Part shown: positions 55,422 to 64,000 of the stretch, piece by piece
How positions within the stretch are numbered: position 1 is the stretch's first letter
Layout of the letters: the number at the start of each line of letters is the position of its first letter
Source of the DNA: Eledone cirrhosa
Taxonomy: Eukaryota
DNA: 64,000 nt
Assembly: GCA_964016885.1 (NCBI GenBank)
Contig: OZ024743.1
Coordinates: 319,796,001 to 319,860,000, forward strand
Direction: 5' to 3'
Program-made: the position numbers and the translations under genes
Notes under the pieces: model-generated
Told to the model about the DNA's origin: nothing
Databases searched by the model: none
The model's input: only the letters and a program-made list of their open reading frames with translations

Positions 55422-56128
55422 TTATTAAAATAACAGATTAAAGTTTAAGCAAAGAATCGCTGCTTTCACCCTTAACGGGATCTTCTGAAACTAAAATAAA
55501 AACAATCTGTGAACTCAGAAGTAAATATATCGAAAAACGTTGCAACTGAAGGAACACAGGAAGACGAAACTTTGGTTCGTGGAAACGTTTCCTGACAAAG
55601 AACTGAAAAAAACGAAGATAATACGTCATTATTTGGACCGGTGAAAACAATTACACGCAAAGACAAAACCACGTTTATGGTATAACTGAAGTCGTAGACT
55701 AAAATTTTATTTAGGAAACCGAATGATTCTCGGCTTCAGAGTTAAGAATAATGTAAATAAATTACAGAAGTAATTGAAATCAACAAAAATTAAATATATA
55801 CATGCACGCATCCATATATGTACATACACATGCATACGCGAAAACACCTGCCATGGGTATGAAAATACAAGCCCGTACACAAAAATACACGCACGCACAT
55901 ACAGAACCCACGCAACGCCTGTACCCGCACATATACGAACGTATACACCAAATACACATAAAAATATATATAAAAAAAAAATATATATATGTTTGTGTGT
56001 GTGCGTGTATACATATAATAATATAAACGTATATAAATATACACACATAAATACGTATATAACGCGCGCACACACATAGCTACATGTAAAAACACATATG
56101 TTCGCTAAACGCACGTCAACCAAAACAC

Positions 56129-56628
56129 AAGTATACATATACACACACTCTACATACGTACGAACCCGCATACTCACACAGACGCAAAACTCACGTATAC
56201 ACATAACCATATGCACATGTACCAGTATATATAATATATACGCCTATATATAATCTAGTGTCTGTGTGTAATACATCTCATACAACACCTGTGCTTCATA
56301 TATTAGTTGGGTTTACATATATTGATTGTATCTAGGAAAAATCATCTTTTATATTACACAAGACTTCTACCTTAGAAAGTATACATATACACACACTCTA
56401 CATACGTACGAACCCGCATACTCACACAGACGCAAAACTCACGTATACACATAACCATATGCACATGTACCAGTATATATAATATATACGCCTATATATA
56501 ATCTAGTGTCTGTGTGTAATACATCTCATACAACACCTGTGCTTCATATATTAGTTGGGTTTACATATATTGATTGTATCTAGGAAAAATCATCTTTTAT
56601 ATTACACAAGACTTCTACCTTAGAAAGT
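56129..56628. repeat. Tandem duplication, period 248 bp
   Basis: The two units appear identical, with AAGT at the junctions. Confidence 0.93.
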
Positions 56629-56726
56629 GGCAACGCAGATCATCAATATCATATCAATATAAATACACACCTGAACTTACACTCACAAATGCACACAGAC
56701 AGACACACACACAAAGAAATTCGTAC

Positions 56727-56757
<31 letters not shown>

Positions 56758-56783
56758 TGTATGTATGTATGTATGTATGTATG

Positions 56784-57645
56784 TTTTCTCTTTCTCTTAA
56801 TTTCGAGTATATTTTTTTGACCGGCCACCTTCCTGGTGGCAAGGTTGTAAAAGAAAAGAAATTGTCATCCCTTGAATCGCAAGAATGTTTTGCAAATTTT
56901 GAAGGTGCCAGCTATCGCAGCCATTTGTAGACTATGAATTAGGGAGCTGCGCTTTTTGTCCGCAAATCCAAGTTCAGTCATACTTTGGTCCAAGCGGGTT
57001 GGTATATAACCCGTAGCACCAATAATGATGGGTATGAAGCTAAAGGTGTATCTTGGATACTGGATTTGTAAACTCCTCATCAATGGTCCGTAGATTTCCT
57101 CCTTCTCCTGTATTTTTCTGACAACGTTTACCTCAAGTGGGCAGCTGATCTCCACAACAGAACACGTTTTCAATGTGTGGTCCCAAACTACAATATCAGG
57201 CCGGTTGTGCTTTAATTTGGTGGCAGTTTTTATTTTCAGGTTCCACCAGTATTCCTTAGTGCCATCTGTCTCAATATATTCTTCCTCGTTTGTTGTTAAT
57301 TTTGTTTTCCGAAGTGCGTTCCAGATGGTTCTAGCTATCCCATCGTGTCTCATGGGGAGGTAGTAGCGAGATGACATTCTTTCGCAGCTGGCAACAATGT
57401 GGCTTACATCCTCGATCTTTGTTTTACATAGCCTACATTTATTGTCAGCTGCTGGCCCTCCTCTTTTGTGCAGCAGATATTTGGTAGGGAGTTCTTGTTC
57501 CTGTATTGCATAGAGATATCCCTCAAGGTGTGATGTCATAAACTTGTCGGAACTCCATGCCAGGCTTTTTGAGTGGTTTATCCCCTCTATGGTCTGTGTT
57601 TTACGCCTCAAGTATCCATGCACAATTTTTCTGTAAATTCGTCAA
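56784..57645 (-). mobile_element. 5'-truncated R4/Dong-clade copy (family A) between (CATA)n tracts
   Basis: Near-identical to 57667-58528 with a few substitutions (S/L and two D/E). Confidence 0.95.
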
Positions 57646-57666
57646 GTATGTATGTATGTATGTATG

Positions 57667-60600
57667 TTTTCTCTTTCTCTTAATTTTGAGTATATTTTTT
57701 GACCGGCCACCTTCCTGGTGGCAAGGTTGTAAAAGAAAAGAAATTGTCATCCCTTGAATCGCAAGAATGTTTTGCAAATTTTGAAGGTGCCAGCTATCGC
57801 AGCCATTTGTAGACTATGAATTAGGGAGCTGCGCTTTTTGTCCGCAAATCCAAGTTCAGTCATACTTTGGTCCAAGCGGGTTGGTATATAACCCGTAGCA
57901 CCAATAATGATGGGTATGAAGCTAAAGGTGTATCTTGGATACTGGATTTGTAAACTCCTCATCAATGGTCCGTAGATGTCCTCCTTCTCCTGTATTTTTC
58001 TGACAACGTTTACATCAAGTGGGCAGCTGATCTCCACAACAGAACACGTTTTCAATGTGTGGTCCCAAACTACAATATCAGGCCGGTTGTGCTTTAATTT
58101 GGTGGCAGTTTTTATTTTCAGGTTCCACCAGTATTCCTTAGTGCCATCTGTCTCAATATATTCTTCCTCGTTTGTTGTTGATTTTGTTTTCCGAAGTGCG
58201 TTCCAGATGGTTCTAGCTATCCCATCGTGTCTCATGGGGAGGTAGTAGCGAGATGACATTCTTTCGCAGCTGGCAACAATGTGGCTTACATCCTCGATCT
58301 TTGTTTTACATAGCCTACATTTATTGTCAGCTGCTGGCCCTCCTCTTTTGTGCAGCAGATATTTGGTAGGGAGTTCTTGTTCCTGTATTGCATAGAGATA
58401 TCCCTCAAGGTGTGATGTCATAAACTTGTCGGAACTCCATGCCAGGCTTTTTGAGTGGTTTATCCCCTCTATGGTCTGTGTTTTACGCCTCAAGTATCCA
58501 TGCACAACTTTTTCTGTAAATTGGTCAATTTTTTTTTCTTGTTTGAACATTGAATAGGATCTTCCGATTTCTCTGGGTGAGAGATTTATATCGGGCTTTA
58601 TTCCATATCTCTCCTCCAGATCAGTCGCTATTCTAATGATATTTCTTTTTTCATGGTCATAAACCTGGGCAAGATGGTTGCCAACCTTTTTCCTCTGTTG
58701 AAGGTGTTGCTTCAGTGTCACTATCCGGGTCTCATATGTTGTTAATATTGATTTTAGACCCCGGCCACCTTCCTTGCGTGAGAAGTATAGCCTATCCACA
58801 TCACCATTGATGTTAAAGTTCCCAGTAACACTGAGAAGTTTTCGAGTTCTAACATCCATCTCACTTAGTTCTTGCAATGACCAGTTCAGTAGGCCAAATG
58901 TTGGCGTTAGAATTGGCACAGCATAAGTATTGTGGGCAATGTATTTGTTGTATGCTGACAGTTCTGATGACCATATTTTCTTTACTCTTCTGAGGTATTC
59001 AGTTCTGGTTCTCTCCTTATTTATGGGTCCATCATATCTGACATTCTCATCCTGTCCAAGATATCTGTAGTTGTCACCTGACTGCAGAGGTTGTATTGTC
59101 AGGCCGTTCATCTCTAGATTTCTAGAGGAGGGCACAGCTCTTCCACGTTTTACTGCCAAATATGCACACTTGGACTCACCAAATTTCATTTTGATGTCGG
59201 TTGAAAATTGTGTAATGAGGTCCAATTGTTTCTTGATGTCATTGATATTTGGCCCATACAACTTCAGGTCATCAACAAAGAAAAGATGGGAGATACTTCT
59301 GGTCCCACTTCTTTGTCGACCTTGTTTCTTGAGTAGGTAAGATAGTGGATTCAGTGAGAGAACGAAGAGTAGCACTGACAAGATATCACCCTGAAAGATG
59401 CCCTTCTGGTAATGTATCTTATCAGTCTTAACCTGCTCCTTCTCACCTCTAAGGATCAAACTGGTGTACCAGTTCTTGGTCAGGCGTTCAACAGCAGCTA
59501 CCAATGGTTGTGGGACTTTAGCTAACTGTAAAGCCTTAACAATCCACCCATGAGGTACACTATCAAATGCTTTTTGATAGTCCAGCCACACGACAGTCAT
59601 GTTTCTGCGATTCTTTGTTGTTTTTTCCTGAATCATTTTGTTAGTTAGTAGGTGATCTATGCAACCCCACACCTCCCTCTTTCCACCAGCTTGCTCAGGT
59701 GTTATGATGTTGTTGGTAGCACAGTGATCCTGTAAGAACAGGTTAAGGCACCCAGTATATAATTTATACATGATGTTTTGGCAGGCAATTGGGCGGTAAT
59801 TTTTAGCAAGGGTGGTTTGGCTATTTTTGGGAATGAGGAGAGTAGAGGCAGTTGATAACCATCTGGGCAGTTCTTGTGTGCCCTTAATGGTTTCTGTAAA
59901 CAGCCGTATGAGATCTTGCCGATAGAAAGTGAAATTCTTCAACCAGTATCCTGTAATGAGGTCTGGGCCTGGCGATTTCCTATTCGACATTTTCTGTAGA
60001 GCTGTTTCCAGTATTGACCCATCTATGTCATATTGTTTTGTCTGGACATGTTGGCAGTAGTCCTGTTCCAGTTCTTTTAGCCAATTAGCTTGTCTGTTGA
60101 ATCCGTCATCCGTTTCCCATACAGATCTCCAGTAGCTCTCAACCTGTTCTTTTGAAGGGGTGTCATTTACAGAGATTGAGCTTTTGCCACCGAAGCTGCG
60201 ATAAACTGATTTAGGATCTCTGGCAAACAATCTATTTAGCACTTGTCGTTTATGTGCTGTTGACTTATATTTTAGTCTTTCTGTTGTAGCTGTGAGTTGT
60301 TGTTTCAACTGGTGTAATTTGGAGTTCAAAGTTTTAAATTTTGTATCTCCAAATCTTCTCTCTAACTTTTTCTTTAGGTCTTCCTGGTGTTGTGTGAAGT
60401 TGCTCTCTATGTTGCATTTCATAACGACTGCGATGTGTGAGATACTTCGTCTCAGGGACAAAATTTTGGTTTTTAAATTTCGCATCCACGCTGGTTCAGG
60501 CTTTCTGTTTGTATCTTGATTGCGTGGTTTTAGATGTGTGTTATATGCTAGCAATGTGACAGCTGAAACATATAACAAAACATTAAGCGTTTCAAATGTC

Positions 60601-61695
60601 GTTTCTACACCTTTAGATCGTATAGCCTTCAGATAATTGCCAGCTATTTCGTTCACCGCTTCCAATTCCAATTTAGTGGGTTCTTTACTGACTCTAGTGT
60701 TGTATGGTCTGTCACTCACATTAAGGCTGTGTATCTCTTGAAACATATCATTCCATATCACTTGTAGGGAGCCCACAAGTTTTTGGTGCTCTGTTTGTTC
60801 AGTAGAGTCATGAATTTCAGCCTCGTTGTTGATGTGGTGACAATTACTACTAGAGTCAGCTGTCCTTTCTCGCTGTTCTTCAGTGGAAGTGGGATGAATT
60901 TCAGCAAAATTGTTGGTGAGCTGTTCACTGTTAGATTTAGCTGGCCATTCCCTTTGTCTGTCAGTGGAGGTGGGGTGGTTGTCTACAAGGGCTGTATTTG
61001 TAGTATCACTCGATTCCGTTAGATGTATCAATTTACATCTAATGATACGTTTTGCCTGTTCATTTAAATGCTTTGGAGAAAAGTCTAATTCTGGGTGTTT
61101 GGAGTTCCATAAAGTTTTTAGCCTTTGCATAAAACCGAACTTTTGGGGTTCAGATTGTTTGTATGCTTCATATAATACTTTGTTAAGCTCGTAGGTCCAC
61201 TGTATACAACGGTTGTAATTGCGATTTGGTCGAAGGAGACTTGTACTTTTTGCCATGATGAGTTCGTCTATTCACTAATATTTCGTATTTATTTTTCAAA
61301 ATAGTCGATGATCTTCTTTAAAAGTTACGACAAAGTTCTGTCAGAATCAAATTTAAAGTTATTCACAGCTTGAGTAATATTTCTTTTCAGTTAGTTTTTA
61401 ATTCTACAGCTGTGTTTTATATAAATGTAATATTTCTTTATAAATGTAATATAACAACGTTGCATTTATATGTTAAAGTGTATGTATCGTTCATATATCA
61501 TAAGTGTATGTATCGTTCATATAAATAGGTGTTTTACAACACACTTACAGTTCAAACACTTATGTAGAATTATTGTATGTAATCTTACCGCGTAATGTAG
61601 CTCAACTTTTTCCAATATATGGTATGTTGCCTTCATGTAAGCCGTAATTACACACGTCCGATTATCGGACACTGACCACAACGGTCGCCATTTTT
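57667..61695 (-). mobile_element. Full-length R4/Dong-clade non-LTR retrotransposon (family A), flanked by (CATA)n
   Basis: Single intact ORF, about 440-nt 5'UTR, short 3'UTR with a GCCACC/GGTGGC hairpin. Confidence 0.93.
57747..61256 (-). CDS. 1169-aa RT + CCHC + restriction-like endonuclease polyprotein
   Basis: R4-type N-terminal W..N..L...Y motif; KSPGPD, DYQKAFDSVPH, GIFQGD, HLFFVDDLKLY; CRLC..H...C; RHD, RPDIVVWD, VEISCP. Confidence 0.95.
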   Translation of the reverse strand: MAKSTSLLRPNRNYNRCIQWTYELNKVLYEAYKQSEPQKFGFMQRLKTLWNSKHPELDFSPKHLNEQAKRIIRCKLIHLTESSDTTNTALVDNHPTSTDRQREWPAKSNSEQLTNNFAEIHPTSTEEQRERTADSSSNCHHINNEAEIHDSTEQTEHQKLVGSLQVIWNDMFQEIHSLNVSDRPYNTRVSKEPTKLELEAVNEIAGNYLKAIRSKGVETTFETLNVLLYVSAVTLLAYNTHLKPRNQDTNRKPEPAWMRNLKTKILSLRRSISHIAVVMKCNIESNFTQHQEDLKKKLERRFGDTKFKTLNSKLHQLKQQLTATTERLKYKSTAHKRQVLNRLFARDPKSVYRSFGGKSSISVNDTPSKEQVESYWRSVWETDDGFNRQANWLKELEQDYCQHVQTKQYDIDGSILETALQKMSNRKSPGPDLITGYWLKNFTFYRQDLIRLFTETIKGTQELPRWLSTASTLLIPKNSQTTLAKNYRPIACQNIMYKLYTGCLNLFLQDHCATNNIITPEQAGGKREVWGCIDHLLTNKMIQEKTTKNRRNMTVVWLDYQKAFDSVPHGWIVKALQLAKVPQPLVAAVERLTKNWYTSLILRGEKEQVKTDKIHYQKGIFQGDILSVLLFVLSLNPLSYLLKKQGRQRSGTRSISHLFFVDDLKLYGPNINDIKKQLDLITQFSTDIKMKFGESKCAYLAVKRGRAVPSSRNLEMNGLTIQPLQSGDNYRYLGQDENVRYDGPINKERTRTEYLRRVKKIWSSELSAYNKYIAHNTYAVPILTPTFGLLNWSLQELSEMDVRTRKLLSVTGNFNINGDVDRLYFSRKEGGRGLKSILTTYETRIVTLKQHLQQRKKVGNHLAQVYDHEKRNIIRIATDLEERYGIKPDINLSPREIGRSYSMFKQEKKIDQFTEKVVHGYLRRKTQTIEGINHSKSLAWSSDKFMTSHLEGYLYAIQEQELPTKYLLHKRGGPAADNKCRLCKTKIEDVSHIVASCERMSSRYYLPMRHDGIARTIWNALRKTKSTTNEEEYIETDGTKEYWWNLKIKTATKLKHNRPDIVVWDHTLKTCSVVEISCPLDVNVVRKIQEKEDIYGPLMRSLQIQYPRYTFSFIPIIIGATGYIPTRLDQSMTELGFADKKRSSLIHSLQMAAIAGTFKICKTFLRFKG

Positions 61696-61732
61696 GTATG
61701 TATGTATGTATGTATGTATGTATGTATGTATG

Positions 61733-64000
61733 TTCTTCTGGTTTTATAATTTCACAAAGTTTTACCAATAGAGAGAGAGTCGGTTTCTAACATAGAAACA
61801 AGACTCTCTCATTGGAATTTATACAACATCAACTAGGTAGATATGTATGTATGCATGCATGTGTAGATATGGATGCTATTGTATGTGTGGATGTGGATGT
61901 TTTGAGTTGCATGTGTGCATGTGTATATGCTTTGTATCTGTACATGTGTATATGCAGTTATTAGATGCACAATTTTTGGAATGTTTTACATATTTTTACT
62001 GTTCCATTAATGGATTGTACTTGTAATTTTCTAACTAGTTGTGTTCTTTCTGTTCCTGTGAAGCCTAGCTCTTCAAGATTTGTATTGAGGCAGTTACTAA
62101 CATATCCCAGTGCCCCAACAATCACAGGCATAAATCTGAAGGTGTAATCAGGGTGGAGTATCTGCAGATTTCTCATTAGTTCTGCATAAATATTCTCCTT
62201 TTCACTAATCTTTGATATTATATTGGCATCTGCTGGGCAGCTAATTTCCACTACAGTGCATGTTTCCTTCTCCCTGTCCCATATCATAATATCTGGTCTG
62301 TTATGCCTGCATTTTATTGGGGTTTTTACTGGAATATTCCACCAGTACTCTTTCATATTATGTACATGGATGTCTTCCACATTGTTGTAGCTTTTAATGT
62401 GTTTATTATCGGGGCTATCTTTTTTCCGAACTGCATTGTACAGTGTTTTGGCCACTACATCATGCCTCATAGGTAGATAGTACCGCGATGACATCTTTGG
62501 GCAGCTGCTGATGACATCGGTGATATCCTCGATGTTAGTTCTGCAGAGTCTGTACTTGTTATCACATCTAGGTGTTTTGCCTGCATCCCTATCTCTTTTG
62601 TGAATCAGGTATTTCGTGCTAATCTCCTGTTCTTGGATTGCAAAAGCGTATCCTTCAAAGTGGGAGCCAATATAGCGGTTGTTGGTCCAAGATAGACTAC
62701 TTTCCTTATCTATATTACACTCACTTTGGAGCTTCCTGGCAACATATCCATGCATGATTTTTTGCTGATAAGCATGCAGTTTATCATCCATGGATTCACT
62801 GCGATACTGCTGAGCGACATCCCTGGGTGTGAGTTTTTGGTTATCACACAGGGAATATCTCTGAAGGAGTTCCTTCCGAACTCTCATGATCTTATCTGTT
62901 TCATGCAGATAGACTTGCTGGAGAAACGGGCTCCTACGCTTCGAGGTTCGTAGATGTTGTCGGAGAGATATGATGCGACATTCAAATGTTGTCTGGACTG
63001 ATGTTAGGCCGCTGCCCCCTGCTTACGTTTCAAGTAAAGGCGGTCTATGTCACTATTGATGTGGAAGTTTCCGGTGTTGTTCAGTATTTTTCGAGTTCCA
63101 ACATCAACTGCTCGGATTTCGTCTATCGTCCAATTGAGTATTCCAAACGTTGGTGTTAGGACAGGCCCAGCAAACACATTGTGAGCCACTGTTTTGTTTT
63201 GCGCAGAGAGTTCCGATGACCAGATCTTTCTTAATCGGGTGTAGTATTCCCTGGTTACGCGTTCTTTAGTACAGATACCATTATAGGATATGTTCTCATC
63301 TATCCCCAGGTATCTGTAGCAGTCCTCATCAGATATCGGTGAAACAGTTAGACCATTGATTACAATGTTGCTAGATTGGGTTGTTGTTTTTCCCCGCTTT
63401 ACAGTAATATATGAACATTTATCTTGGCCAAACTCCATTCCTATATCCTTTGAGAATGTTGGACAAAAGGTTTAATGACAAGATGAATAATATCACAGAG
63501 AGACTGTCCCCCTGAAATATACCCCTGCAATATTTTATTTTATCAGTGAAAATAGAGCCCTCCCTCTCTGTCTTTAACCTTAGGAAAGTAGCCCAAGAAG
63601 AAGACAGCCTCTCTATGGCTCTGACAATAATGTCTGGGATTTTAGCAAGTTGGAGGGCCTCTATCACCCAAGAGTGGGGAATAGAATCGAAAGCTTTCTT
63701 GTAGTCCAGTCAGACTGTAGCCATATTCCTCCTAAGTTGTCGCACCTCCGACATCGCAGTTTTGTTGATTAGGAGTTGTTCAGCACATCCCCAAACCCTT
63801 TTCTTTCCAACTGCTTGTTCATCTGTGATGATGTTATTATTTTCACAGTGATCTTGGAGGAATAGGCTCAGACAGGCTGTATACATCTTATACATCAGGT
63901 TCTGGCATGCAATGGGTCGGTAGTTTTTGGCCAAGTGGGTGTCTTTGTTCTTGGGGACCAGTAACGTTTGTGCTAATGTCAACCATTCTGGTATAAGTGT
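61733..64000 (-). mobile_element. Decayed R4/Dong-clade element (family B), running off the window end
   Basis: Fragments NYRPIACQN, GIFQGDSLS, RHD, RPDIMIWD; 3'UTR hairpin GAGAGAGTC..GACTCTCTC (61772-61810) followed by (CATA)n. Confidence 0.92.

Noticed and set aside
56784-57645. Assembly artefact as the explanation for the R4 3' duplicate
   Set aside because: The copies differ at several positions and are separated by a (CATA)n tract, which fits an independent truncated insertion; read-level confirmation is still desirable.

Overview
Repeat-rich, AT-rich eukaryotic (animal) genomic DNA, not prokaryotic. The SINE and LINE content suggests a mollusc, most likely an octopod cephalopod (inference). 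Left part (1-25.7 kb): six minus-strand GT-AG coding exons of a COMMD10 orthologue, read by hand and absent from the ORF track. The last exon lies outside the window. The introns are packed with RTE-clade LINEs carrying a PHD-type finger inside the RT region, one of them near full length with a single frameshift. The promoter has tandem CLEAR/E-box motifs, one inside a 24-bp palindrome. Right part (26-64 kb): a nest of retroelements, including CRE fragments, a chimeric Tx1/L1-like tandem, several Penelope-like elements (PLEs) and solo or inverted pseudo-LTRs, SINEs with target-site duplications, and a head-to-tail array of R4/Dong-clade elements separated by (CATA)n, one with an intact 1169-aa ORF. 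About 11 type-I hammerhead-ribozyme-like motifs were found (10 of them in the right part), one pair with a non-canonical core. All calls come from manual reading; no database search or folding was run, and repeat boundaries are approximate.
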